Of a stretch of DNA of 64,000 nt, positions 38,740 through 51,436 are shown one piece after another (the first letter of the stretch is position 1; every line of letters begins with the position of its first letter). The notes beneath the pieces are model-generated. The model was given only the letters and a program-made list of their open reading frames with translations, was not told where the DNA came from and did no database searches. The position numbers and the translations under genes were made by a program. The stretch covers positions 34,315,608 to 34,379,607 of the forward strand of contig NC_081376.1 in assembly GCF_030684315.1 (NCBI RefSeq). The letters run 5' to 3'. This DNA is from Stegostoma tigrinum (lineage: Eukaryota).

Positions 38740-40845
38740 TGCACACTGCTTGTTGCGATTAAATAATCATAAGTTACATTTAATTTGGCTACTTATTAGG
38801 ACATCTCACAGATAATCAAGTACTGAAGCAATGATTTAAACTTTTCTAAGACCCCTCAAGTAACTGAGTTAAGCCTCACAACTCAACTTGGCAATTACTC
38901 GATTAATGGTGGAATTTAACTACAGTTCCAACCAACAATATGTGTCTCTGGCAGTGTCTGGGATTCGATCCTTGTGTTGTTCTTCGAAGGTTTACTAATA
39001 AGAGGTTCTAGTGTTGGATTCTTCTATAGATTTTCATCCTTCAGCTCTGTGAGGTGATATTATTGATGATTATTTAGATTCTTTCATATAAAATATTATA
39101 GGTTTGCAGCTTGCCTTCTTATCAGAAGTAACTCCTCTGTTCCTCGTTACATTCAGTGTTATCTGTCTGTTTGAAGACACGTCCTGTCTTATAATTAACT
39201 CCTTCAATCCTTTAGCAAGGTGGTCATTTATCTTTGTGGCCCAAGGCAACCAGTTGTCAAGCAGATGTCGAAACAATTTTGTTCATATTGCTTTGACTCA
39301 TTCATCTCCAGATGTGGCTAATTACTTTCAAATCCTGTCTAAGTTTGTGCTAGTCCCTTAATAGTTTACTCCAGACTGAGTTATTGCTGCTTCTTTTGTG
39401 TGTAACAGTTTATCTTTGATTCTTTCACTCCATGAACAGTTATTAAAGTTCTCAAGTTTATAATATCACAGGCCCTGTTCTTTGTTCATTATTTTCAATA
39501 TGATGAGAAAACACTAGTATGATTGATCATTTTCCATCATATCGGTTCATATCTAAGCTGAGTTGCTACACTTTGCACAATTTAAAATGTACCAATTCAC
39601 TATGTGGTATAGCTTTATGCAGACAAATAATCAAAGAATGAGTTATAGATGAATGATCAGTAAATAAAACACAAACCAAAGATGGATTAATGAGTTTGGA
39701 TAGTGCTTCACCCATTGCAGCTTTAAGATGATCATGTCTTAACAGAACTACAACGAGATGCGTAATAATATGAACCCAAGGTTGTGTGTACATTATTTCT
39801 CCAATTTCGGATGTCATCCCATTGGGAATGTTCCTTAATGTTTTTAGTATCTATTTTGATTCTCTGACTATACTGCTGAACCTTAACATGTAACCTGTGT
39901 GCCTTTCTCAAAAATCCCTTTTGTTGCTTCCAAATGTTCCCTTTTCAGGGCAATATGGGCTTCATATTTTTGCCAATAAGATACAACTATTTCTCTAAAA
40001 GATCACATATTTTCCCTTCCTGATGTTAATTCATCCCATTGTTGCTATGTGTGTGGACAGTTGAGTGTGTTGAATCAGTGATGGGACAAGTTATGATAAT
40101 ACACTCTTTTAAAGACTTTGTGATACTGTATTCCCCTTCACCCACATTTCCAACCCTGATAATATTGTCTAGAATGGTACTTCAAACTTCCGGACTATAG
40201 TTAACTGTTTCATTACCGCTGAACTCACAGCCACATGTGACTTGTCAAGTTGTGTAAATGGGATAAGGACAAACAATAATTTTATCAGTCAGTCTTAAGT
40301 GCTGTCCCAACAAGTCTCCCTCGCTCTTGGTCTCCCCCACCCCAAACCCTTTCCGTACAATGTAGAACTTTCTTACCTCTCATCCAGATGGTGTTTTGAA
40401 TCACTGTAATATTTTGCAATGTTATAACTTTGAATGGTTTGTCTTCATTAGACATAACAGGGTTCCTTAAAACAAGACCTATTCCATTCCCTCCCATACT
40501 CAAATCATTAGTCCGTACATTTATTAACGAGATTAACTCACAGATAGTGATTTTTCTTGAAGTTCCTGTCCCATCAACTAATTTCCTTAGTGTAGTGTCA
40601 TCAACCCATGTAGGAACTTCTCCATTTTCTCTGTACTGATCTAACGTCCAATTGAGTCTTAACATGGTTACGTGAAGGGTCTTGTTTTGGTTGCTACATG
40701 CAATAATGTTTATGTCATTGTTTCAGTACTTGATTGTCTATGATATTTCTTAACAATTAGCCAAGTTAAAGGTAATTTCTGGCGATTTATCCACAATAAC
40801 TTGCATAGCTGAAAAGTGCCCAGTCTATGTCAAATTTCCCTGGAA
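38740..40845 (-). pseudogene. Degraded endogenous viral element: env/fusion-glycoprotein-like frame plus downstream ORF
   Basis: Stop- and frameshift-interrupted minus frame with a Cys-rich ectodomain (IVCPYPIY..TCG...VGNVGEGEYSIT...TCPI), heptad-like helix, W-rich membrane-proximal segment and TM start (WDDIRNWRNNVH/PWVHIITHLVVVLL). Confidence 0.62.
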
Positions 40846-41199
40846 AGGGAAAGTAGCTCAAAAATTTGAATAACAGGTTAAGGAGCCATTTCACAGGCTA
40901 CGAAGCAGTGTCACACAACTGGCATTTCCCATTGACAGGATGTTGCCTTCTGTTCAAAAAGATATTCTACCAACCACGCCTGCGAACAAAACCATGCATG
41001 AATTTTAGTGGCGCAATGCCAGGTAAGTGGGCAATATGGGCAAACGATCAACTGATATTGAATCAAACAGCATCTTCTATTGTTTGTTTTGTGTTGAGTA
41101 GGTCATTACTCAACTGTCAATGCTTGCAAAACCCAAAGCAAAACATCCATTGTTAGATGTAACTGTGAACAATCCTGATTGTGGTAATTTCTTTTTAGG

Positions 41200-41530
41200 G
41201 AGAGGCACAGATGTGTTGATAACGTCACTGGTCTAGTGATCCAGAATCGCAGGTTGATGTTAGTGGTTTGAATCCCAACACAGCAAATGATAAAATTTTA
41301 AATTTGTTAAAAAGCTGGCCAGTACACCCACGAAAGCACTGATGATTGTTGTAAAATCTCTTGTAGTTTACTAATGTCCTTTTAGGAAGATAATGAGACA
41401 TCCTTGCCTCAGAATGACTCCAGACTCTCAGCAATGTGGTCGATTCTTAACTGCCCATTGGGTAATAGGGATGGAAGGTACTGAATACTAGCCTAGCTGG
41501 TGATGCACACTTCCTGTGAACCAAAAACAC
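41200..41530 (+). mobile_element. SacSINE1-like SINE, degraded
   Basis: GGTTTGAATCCCA...TTTACTAATGTCCTTTAGG...TGACTCCAGAC...GCAATGTGGTCGATTCTTAACTGCCC. Confidence 0.65.
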
Positions 41531-41749
41531 AATTTAACATAATCAGTCAAACTCATAATGTGCTTAATTTATGTTTGGTAGCAGCAACTGCATGCAAAAG
41601 GAAAATTTTTGAGTAAACCAGGAACTTAGGGTTTATGGTTCCCATTTATAGAGGAAGCAATCAGAGTTGCCGTGATAACCAATGACCACACTTTTCTCCT
41701 GAAGTACAAGTTACTGATTGCTTGAAACTTGGTATTCTTCTGTTTGCCC

Positions 41750-42100
41750 TGATGACCTTATGGAGGGTTATAAAATCATGAAGGGTATGGATAGGGTGGG
41801 GGAGTCCAAAATTAGAGGACATAGGTTTTGAGGTGAAAGGGGAAAGATTGAGAGGGGACCTAAGGGGAAGTTTCTTTTTTCATACAGAAGGTGGTGCATG
41901 TATGGAATGAGCTGTCAGAGGAAGTGATGGAGGCTGGTACAATTACAAGATTTAAAAGACATCTGGATGGTTATATGAGTAGAAAGGGTTCAGAAGGATA
42001 AAGGCCAAATGGGACTAGCTTTATTTAGGATTCTGGTTGGTACGGATGGGTTGGACTGAAGGGCCTGTTTCAATGCTGTATATCCTATGACTCTATGACT
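41750..42100 (+). mobile_element. CR1 LINE 3' fragment
   Basis: GAGGGTTATAAAATCATG...TGGAATGAGCTGTCAGAGGAAG...(CTATGA)n tail. Confidence 0.82.
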
Positions 42101-44609
42101 GCAAGATAAAAAGGTTCGGGAATGTGTGTATCTTCTCAATGGTTCTGTGTCAACAAAAGTGAGACCTCCGTTAAAATTCCAATGGATTCCAGAAGTGGGT
42201 TCAAGATCTGGAAAGCTACCCACAAGGTTTTCCAACTTCAAGGGGAAAGCTCAGCTCTTTTTCTCTCTCTGAATTTCTCCCTCACTTCCCTTCTTACTAA
42301 GTGTCTCTCCATCACTTACAATCCCTTTCTTTATGCATATGTCCTTTTTTTCTCTCTCTCTCTCACTCCTCTCCTCTCTCTCCATATATCTCTGTCTGTT
42401 ACACATGAGAAATTCCACTGTGCCCTCCTGACCTGGCCCCTCTTGTTCTCCTTTAACTCAATAATACATTGTCCTACCAGCACTGTCTCATTCTTGGAAT
42501 GATCCTTTCATAACACCTTTCTATGAATAGATTCAGGAAGGATACAATATCTGGCAATATGAATTCTTGGGAATCTGCAAAACAGAAAATTGGGTGATTG
42601 AGCTGCAAATCCTTGAGGCTTATCTGTTTGAACTGGACACCTGTTTACCTTATCCCTGATATTCATAAATATCCAATGAGGCAATGAAACCATCTAGTGT
42701 GGATGGAGATGTAGATGAGGCATTGCCGTTTGTGAGAAGGCATTAAAGAAGTTGCAATCCTAACATGTCCATCCTCAAACACTGTTTTACCTAACTCACC
42801 TTCCAGTATAGATTGGAAAGCAAACGCTTTTGTTATCTTTAAACACACTCTTCAAATGCTGGTCCTGGACATCTTGTAAATTATGCTGCCCATGAACCTG
42901 TGTCCTAACTTGCTCTAATCCCTGCTCACCCGTGCTCTCTGACCTATCTTGGCTCCCACTTCAGCAATTCCTCAATTTTAAAATTCTCATCTTAGCATTA
43001 ACATTCCTCCACAGCCTCACCCATTTGTAACTCTATCACTTCCTCCAGCTATAACCTTATGAATTCCTCCAATCCTAACCTCTTGCCCAGATCCAACTTC
43101 TTTTGAGCCACTATTAACAGCACAGTCTCCAGCTGCGTGGGCCCTAAACTCAAGAACTTCCCTCCCCATCCCTCCACCTTATTACTTCCCTGTTGTCCTT
43201 TTAAGTCTCTGATAACATAGCTCTTTCACCAGCTCCTGGTCACCTGTCCTAATACTTCCCGATGGGGTTAATGCTTGTCTGAAAACAGCCTCAGGATATT
43301 TTACCACTTTAAGCACACTGCACGAGTGGAAGTTATTGAAAGAGGACAGGTGTCATCTTACATTTGACTAACGTCAGCAAACAGAGATGGGGATAAAAGG
43401 TCCTTGTTCCCTCACAAGTGTCTGGTTGCTGACTTTAGTCTGGGGACAGCCCAGTGAAAAAGAAAACAAGAAACATATGTAGGAGATCAACAAATTTTTT
43501 GCTCAGGTATCCACTCTTCGTTATTTTTTTCCTCTCTTGTTTACATGAATCTAATAAATGGCAGTGGATGTTAATCAAGAAAAACGGTGCCAGAAATAGA
43601 ACATTTTGAGGAATTCACCTATAGCTTATTTGCATTAGCATTTCTTTTTATTTCAAGTTAATGGAAGGATATGTTAAATTTGCGGGGGTATTTTTGCATC
43701 TTTTTTTGGTACATGCTGCTAATTCAAAATCTGTAAATGCCACAAGTGCATTGTGTGTGACCCAGAATATCCATATTCACTTGTTAATTTTTACCCTGAT
43801 TGTGTGCCAGATTGAACAGTGAATTGATTGTCTTGTATTCTCTCAATAGAGGGGACTGGTTCAGAACTTGTTGCAAGTCCATTGCAAACATAAAAATGAC
43901 TGATTTTATTTTGTTCTCTGTTAACTGTTCAATTCCATTTGCAGCACCAGCTCAGATTTATCTCTCATTTTCGATGCGGACATTAAAATATTTTGCACAG
44001 TATTTCAGTGGAATATTTTGAATTTTTAAATTTAAAAATGTTGTGTTCTGCATCAATTGGATTTTGTATATGTCCTTTTAAAAATTTAATCATTCAATTT
44101 TAATTATTTAAGTTTCAGCTTTTGAAGCTTGTTTTGTAGTTTGAATTACGATTATTGACAAAATGAACTAGGGATTAGGTAACACTTGACAATTGGGAAT
44201 TCAATGCTGAGTAATTACATGGAAAGAAAAGAAAGTATTTTGGTCAATTTACCTAAAGTACAGAATTAAAAGTATAATTTCAGTGGCCGAACTTTGTAAA
44301 TGGTGTGCAGGTTTCAATGACAAGGCCAGCATTAATTGCCCATCCCTAATTGCTCTTTGTGTAATGGTGAGCTGCTACATTGAGCTGCTGCTGTTCATCT
44401 GGTGTAGTTATACCCACAGGAGTTGAGGATTTTAACCCAGTAACAAGGAGCAGTGATACATTTCCAAGTCAGAATGGTGTGTGGCTTTAAGGAGAACTAG
44501 AAGGAGATGATGTTCCATGTTTCTGTTGCCCTCGTCCTTCTAGGTGATAGAGATCACAGATTTGGAAGGTGCTGTGGAAGGAAATTTTGTGAGTTGCTGT
44601 AATGAATCT

Positions 44610-45315
44610 TTCATCATTTATATAAATGATTAGGATGTTATTGTAGGAAGCATGGTTAGTAGTTCGCAGATCATGCCAAAGTTGGTGGTGTAGTGGACTG
44701 GAAAGAAGGTTATCTCAGATTACAATGGGACCTTGATCAAACAGGCCAATGGGCCGAGGAGTGGGAATGTGTTGTTGCAGTAGTACAGGACATTGGTGAG
44801 GTCACTTTTGGAGTATTCCGTACAATTCTGGTCAGCCACGATGTATTAAACTTGAGAGGGTGAAGAAGAGGATTTACAAGCACATTGCCAGGACTGGAAG
44901 GTTTGGCTTATAGGGAGAGGCTGAATAGGCTGGCGCTGTTTTCCCTGGAGTGTTGGAGGTTGAGGAATGACTTTCTAGAGGTTTATATAATAATGAGGGG
45001 CATGGATAGGGTAAATAGCCAAGGACGCTTTCCTGGGGCGGGGGAATCCAAAACTAAAGGGCATGGGCTTAAGGTGAGAGGGGAAAGATTTAAGAGGGAC
45101 CTAAGGGGAAGCCTTTTCTCACAGAGGGTGGTGTGTGTGTGAAATGAGCTGTTGGATGAAATGGTAGAGGCTGGTACAATTACAACATTTAAAAGGCATC
45201 TGGATGGGTATATGAACAGGAAGGATTCAGAAGGATATGGACCAAATGCTGACAAATGGGACTAGCTGAACTGGACTGAAGGGTCTGTTTCCATGCTGTA
45301 TGACTTTCTATGAGT
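44610..45315 (+). mobile_element. CR1 LINE 3' fragment
   Basis: LPGLEGLAYRERLNRLALFSLE...FSQRVV. Confidence 0.85.
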
Positions 45316-45920
45316 CACTGCTGACACAGTGAAAGGATCAGCATGGTGTAGACCAGAAGTAAGTTGAAAGGGTGAGTGTGAGAAAAGAATGAATGGGAAT
45401 AACTGTGATAGGGTGGAAGACAGCAAAGATTAAATGACAAAACCATTGGTGCGCTACAGCCATAAAAAAAAGAAACAAAAGCAATGTCTGAGGGAGGTGT
45501 GAATGGCAAAATGGCAAACTTAATTGAATTAATGAACATAATGAATAGTGAAATGGTCTGCTTGAAGAGTTAGTGAATGCAGATTCAACAGTAAGAGGAA
45601 TTGGTAAAGTGCTTGGAATGTGGCATAAGTGAAATGGGACTAAATTGTTTAAACTTTCAAAGAATCTGCACAGTCACAGGCTGAATAGACCCCTCCTGTG
45701 CCACGTGACTGCCTTTGGGAGACTTGCCAAAGCCACTGGGGATTTACTTTAACCTTTTAGGCTCAGGCCTGCCAAACGGTAATACTGACTGACTCTCTGG
45801 TCTTTTCGTGGTGAATTTTTCCATTACGTAATTCTGTGAGAAATGTTTCACACAATATTGTCCATCACACATGTTCACAGTAGCAGCACCACTGGAGGAA
45901 CTGGATGACATTGTATAAAG

Positions 45921-46002
45921 ATGCAAACAAACCTCTGGATTTGGCTGGTTGTCCTGAGTCTTTGCCAAGCTGGGTCCACTGTTGATGCAAATCCAGACAA
46001 AA
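45921..46002 (+). CDS. OTOA: OTOA first coding exon (signal peptide)
   Basis: MQTNLWIWLVVLSLCQAGSTVDANPDK; donor A|GTAAGG, phase 1. Confidence 0.75.
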
Positions 46003-48105
46003 GTAAGGAATCAATTACTTAAATTACTCTACTTCTTTTTTCAATGCATTGGTGCCTTTTAAATTATTTTCAGATTCAACCACATAAAAATGGAAGTGGT
46101 GTTAGGGGTTGGTGTTAATTTTAAAGGTATTAATAAATAAAGTGTTAATTTTTAAAAAGTCATCCTAAAGCCTTATTGTTGTTTGCTTTGTCAGTTAAAT
46201 TGCCTTTCAAACATAAGGTGCACCTGCAAGAAAGTTCAGCAGTTAACTACCAATCTTTGTCTAACTTCACCATAACAATGCCTCAGAGTCCACTTGCCAA
46301 CCAATCAGCATTCTCTTCTCATACAGTATGAAACATCGCTCCCCCTGTACATTGGTATTCTTGCAATTGTGCTGATAAGTGCATGATGAAACGTTTCAAC
46401 AAAATTAATTATTTTTTCAGCAGTACAATTTATACTTTTCGAACTTTCTAACGTACTGAATAGCCTTGTGTGAAAGTCAACCCTATGCATTTTGGCCCAA
46501 TAAAGAAAATTTTTTTTGTCTATAACATGTGTAAAAGTCTTTTTTTTTAGATTTTCAGGAATCAAACCTCAAAAAGTTCACAATTAAAGAGTATATGCTT
46601 TAAATGCTTAAATTACAATTGGAAATGTGAGTGAAGCCAATCAAATACCTATCAACAAAAGCAAATGCTGGATATCTGAAATAAAAAGGTTGGAAATACT
46701 CAGCGGGTCTGGAAGCATCTGTCAAGTGAGAAACAGTAAATGTTTCAGCTGAAGGATGTTTCTTTAGAACATTTGATAATAATAGGACAAACAAATTCGG
46801 GTTGTCATGATTGTTAAAAAGTGATAATTAAGGGATGGGATTATAAATGCTGATTTATTTCTTAAAAAGGAGGCCAATGCTGTATTGTCTGGAACTCTGT
46901 GTCACTGCAGTACTGGAAGGTAACTCACTCAATGATATTATTAAAAAATCATAGCAAATGGAAAGATACCTTTTATAAAATGCAGTTGAAATAGATCTTT
47001 TTGTGCTATATATTAACATTGAGCAGTAAAAATCAAGGGGTTTGAAAAGTTTATTTACAGATTTTTGCCCCTTTTTTGTTTTATATTAAAATTCATTAAA
47101 TTCATTTAGAAATACCTCCACTTCCTGGCCACAAGATGTCACCTTGTCTATGCAATAAAGCCCAAATCAAGTATTGATGCTGACCTCATGAAAACAGTAC
47201 TCAGTTAAAAGTTGGCAACTTGTCCTTTGGGCTAAAACAAAATGAACTGTGACTTCAGTTACCTTAAGTTTTCTTCTTCCTTTCCTCCCTGTCACAATAA
47301 TGTTGTTGTTACCTGATGTGCACATTGAGGTGTTTCCAAAACTGGACAGTTCATTGTAATGAGGAGTTAATGGTAATTTATTGAATATCCCACTGCAACT
47401 GCACCCACCCCCAACTCTGTGACCCAACTACTAACTCTGTATTCCCCTTTCCCGGTATGAACAATGCCCCTGGATAATGGTAATGAGTGAGCAGTGACCC
47501 TCAAGTAACAGGAAAGAAATCTTACCTTAAACAAAACCGGCAAAAAGAAAGCATCGCTTCTGTTCTCGTTTTTTTAAGAAAGGGCTTGTAGTTCTCCTGC
47601 ACCTATCACAACTTCAAGACATCTCAAACATTCCTCAAACTCTGAAGTACTTATGAAAATGTAGTCACTTTGGCATACCAGGCAGTTTGGCACAGCAAGC
47701 TGGCACAAACAGTAATGAGATAATAACCACTTAGCATAGTTTGATGATTGAAGAAGAAATATTGGCCAGGACACTGAGGAGAATGCCCTGAGTTTTCTTC
47801 AAATATAACACCACAGAGTGTTTTGCATCCACCTGAGAAGGCAGGCTGTGGCTCTTCGCTAGTATCTCATCTGAAAACCTGCACCTACAAGTGTGCAACA
47901 CTCAGTCAGTACTACACTGAAACTTCAGCCTAAAGCTTTGTGCTGGAACTGTCAAATGTCAGAATCAGAAGCAAGATGTGTACCCCGCTGGCCATAACTC
48001 AGCACCTCAAACTCACTATAAGCCTCAAAAGGCTTATTGCAATATTCTGGAATTGCTTTACTCTCTGCCACTTGTGTTTTTTTCATCTCATTGTTCCTTT
48101 TACAG

Positions 48106-48134
48106 ATTTACCAGCTGAATTGAGACGAGTACTG
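48106..48134 (+). CDS. OTOA: OTOA micro-exon (29 nt)
   Basis: CCTTTTACAG| (N)LPAELRRVL |GTTAGT; compare human DLHPLLQNM. Confidence 0.7.
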
Positions 48135-48243
48135 GTTAGTGGCAGGATTTTATTTAAATTCCATCTTTCTTTGCTTTCTGTTGCTGCTTTTATTGTGATT
48201 TTTAAATTCTGCTGAACAGTTTAACCATGTCTCTTTTGTTTAG

Positions 48244-48274
48244 GATGAGTTATTGGATGAGAAATACATAGAAG
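48244..48274 (+). CDS. OTOA: OTOA micro-exon (31 nt)
   Basis: TTTAG| DELLDEKYIE |GTGAGA; compare human AEEIIDGSYLN. Confidence 0.72.
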
Positions 48275-48381
48275 GTGAGATCTCCCATTTTTATTGGAAT
48301 CCAGCTCTTTAAGCATACTGTGCCAGAATGATTGATTGTCTTCATATATTTACATCCTTCACCTTCACTGTTTTTTATCAG

Positions 48382-48409
48382 GAACTATCAAAGCAGTGGA
48401 GTACCTCAG
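48382..48409 (+). CDS. OTOA: OTOA micro-exon (28 nt)
   Basis: TTTTTATCAG| GTIKAVEYL(R) |GTGAGA; phases 1-2 keep the frame. Confidence 0.7.
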
Positions 48410-48627
48410 GTGAGACCTTTGTATTGTTGGAAGACTAGTGAAAGAATCAACAAACATGCATTTCTTTTAGGAACAAAAGCAAGTTTTTAAAATTTTTTTA
48501 AAATCAATTCCAACACCTTCTGTTTTTGCTCCTGATTTACAGCACCCACAGTTCTTTCCGTTTTTATGCATTTTTATAGCACCATTCCCTATTTCAGCGT
48601 GGCTAAAAATGCTTTTCAACCAATTAA

Positions 48628-48826
48628 AGATAACAAAGTGTGGAGCTGGATGAACACAGCAGGCCAAGCAGCATCTTAGGAGCAGGTAAACTGATGAAGG
48701 GTCTAGGCCTGCAACTTCAGCCTTCCTTGCTCCTGAAATGCTGCTTGGCCTGCTGTGTTCATCCAGTTCCATACTTTGTTATCTTGGATTCTCCAGCATC
48801 TGCAGTTCCCATTATCACTGATAAAA
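48628..48826 (+). mobile_element. Fold-back Penelope-like insertion
   Basis: Inverted pseudo-LTR arms around CTGATGAAGGGTCTAGGCC; 14-bp TSD TTTCAACCAATTAA at 48614-48627 and 48827-48840. Confidence 0.85.
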
Positions 48827-49613
48827 TTTCAACCAATTAACTTTTTTTGAAGTGTTGTAGTATAGGAGATGCAACAGCCAATTTGTGCACAGCAAGCTCC
48901 CACGTGCAGTAATGTAATTATGAGCAGATAATCTGGTTTAGCGATATTGTTTTAACGATACAGGAACCCCCACCCCTGCCCACATCTTCAATAAAATAGT
49001 TACATTTAACTGATAGGACATTGCTTTAACATCACCTCGAATAGCTCAAGATGCCCTTAGTGTGTGCTGAGCATGTTAGCCTCGGTTTCAAAAACCAGTG
49101 ACTGGAGTGTTTGTGTTTTGGGGAAAGGATAAAACTGGAGTGTGTCTTGAACCCAGGGCTTTCTGACAGGAGGGCAAAGACCGCTCCCTACTGAACCTCA
49201 GCTGTAAACCACCAGTTTGGCTGGTACGAGAAGTGGGTAAATATCCTAACTGTGCAGGGCAGAGGAAGCAGCAGCTTCTGAGTTAGATTAAAGTGCACTG
49301 TTGGGACAGAGCAGAAGGACGTCTAATTTGCATCTTGCAGTGGTGTAATTGACTTGAGGACTGATAAAGCGTTATCCACCACTGAGGATGAGGGACCCAG
49401 ATTAATCTTTGTCCCGAGAATTTATGGTCCCACGCAGTAATAAGGATAACAGTTCGTATGTGCAATAAAGAAAAGCAGATTATGATGCCTCCTTTGGATG
49501 GTTTTAAATCACTCGAATTGGAGGGATCAGATTTCTTTGATTCAACTTGAGAAGAATTAATTGATATATCTAGATCAAACAGCAACTTTAATTATTTGTT
49601 TTCTGGATTCCAG

Positions 49614-49692
49614 GGGGACCCCTGTAACTGAGTATTATGCAGACATGCTGCGATACCTTCGCTCAAAGTGGTCTAGTTTGCAGATGCTTCAG
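49614..49692 (+). CDS. OTOA: OTOA exon
   Basis: GTPVTEYYADMLRYLRSKWSSLQMLQ; compare human VLAYLNSRN...SLQ; phase 2-0. Confidence 0.75.
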
Positions 49693-51307
49693 GTTTGATT
49701 TATACCTTTCTTGAATGATTATAGTTTGTATGTGTGTGTCAGTGCATGTATATCTATGCAAATGACAACAGCTTGTATCCATACAGCACCTTCCAAATAG
49801 TTAAACGTTCCAAGGTGCATCACGGGAATTGGAAGTTGAGGGGAATGCCTGCTAGCAATTTATTTCCCTGGTTATGATCCCATGGGCCTTGCTCCCAAAC
49901 GTGCACAACAGAGAGTTGGGGCCTTGAGGGTGGGCTCTGGTGGGAGCGCCTGGTCATGGTTTTGACTCAAGGCCCTCTTGTCGAAGGTGGTGCAGAGATT
50001 CTGAGTGTGGGTTCAGGCTGTGAAATCTGGGATTGGCCTGCACAGGAAAGGGTGGGGGGTGAGGGAGCAGGGTCTTCATTGGTGGATAGTTCCAGGTCTG
50101 TGGATGAGACTTGATCTCAGTGAGGTGGGGCCTGGGAAGCGGAGAGTGAAAAATGATAGTGGGACCTGGAAAATATATCGTAGAATTATAGTTACGCGCT
50201 GGAATTGGCCAATCAGTTGCTCAGTCCATGACAGGACTCTGAAAAAGCAATTTGGCCAGTCCCACTCGCTGGTCTTTTTCTATAATCTTGTAGTTTTTTG
50301 TCAATTTTAGGTGCATATTCCTTTTTGAAACTCATTAAAAGGCACAACTGAATCTGCCTATATCACACTGCTGGCCAGGTTCACATTACAGATCTTAACC
50401 ACTCTGTGTAAATAAAGGACTTCCTCATGTCATCTTTGGTTTTTTTTTGCCACCTGCCTTGTATCGCTGTCCTCCAGTTCTTGACCGCTTTACCATTAGA
50501 ACAGTTTCTCACTGTCTAGACCCTTCATGATTTTCAACCTTTTATCAAATCTTTCAATCTTCTCTTCTACAGGAAAGCAGCGCAGCTTCAACTTATCCAA
50601 ATCATTGAAGTCCCACATCCCCGAGACCATTCTTATAAAACTTTCCCAAGTCCTTCCTGATTCCTTCTCATCCTTCCTAAAGTGTAGTGGACAAAAATAT
50701 GTGTCACACCATCATAGATTTTGTACGCTGTACGTTCATTTACAATTAATACAGCTCAGGATCCCATCTGCTTTGTCAAGAACTTTCTCAACCTGCCACT
50801 TTCAAAAATTTGTGTAATCATCTACCCCCAGCTCTTCCTGCTCCCACACCTCTTTTAGAACTGTGCGCTTTTCTTTATGTTGACTCTTCTCATTTCTCTC
50901 AGCTTCTGCACTTTAAACTTACTCTTCCACATGCCTGTTGGATCCAGCAACCTGGGAATATTTGCTTGAGGTCTACCATTATTCCCTCACATTTCACAAT
51001 TCTTCCAAGCTTAGTATCATCTTCAAATTTCAAAGTTGTGCCGTACACTCCCATGTCTAGGTCATCAGTAAAGCACTAGTCTTCACCCCTGTGGATCTTG
51101 AGTGGAAACTGTCCTCCAGTGCAGAAAAACATTCTCCACTATGTTCTTTCCTGTCACACCATTACTCCCAAACCATGCTACCACCACTGTCCCTTCCCTT
51201 GTTCGCCCAAAGATTTTGAAAGGATGATGTGGTGATGCTGTCAAATTTTGTGCTGAATTCCCTGGCACGTTTTGATCTCAATGTTACTTCCACTTTTCTT
51301 CTGGCAG

Positions 51308-51436
51308 AATTCATTCTCCAGCTACTTCAGAGAAATTGTCCTTCGGCCAAGGAAACTGGCCACGGACCTACAGCAGATGGACACCTCAGCCTTCTTGCTT
51401 AGCGCAAAGTACTTCCACAGCGGTATAAGTGTAGAG
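51308..51436 (+). CDS. OTOA: OTOA exon
   Basis: NSFSSYFREIVLRPRKLATDLQQMDTSAF; compare human QPQKLLEDLRKTDAQQF. Confidence 0.85.

Noticed and set aside
46847-46919. Alternative OTOA leader exon (MLIYFLKRRPMLYCLELCVTAVLE, phase-1 donor)
   Set aside because: Poorer signal peptide and weaker donor than 45921-46002; not formally excluded.
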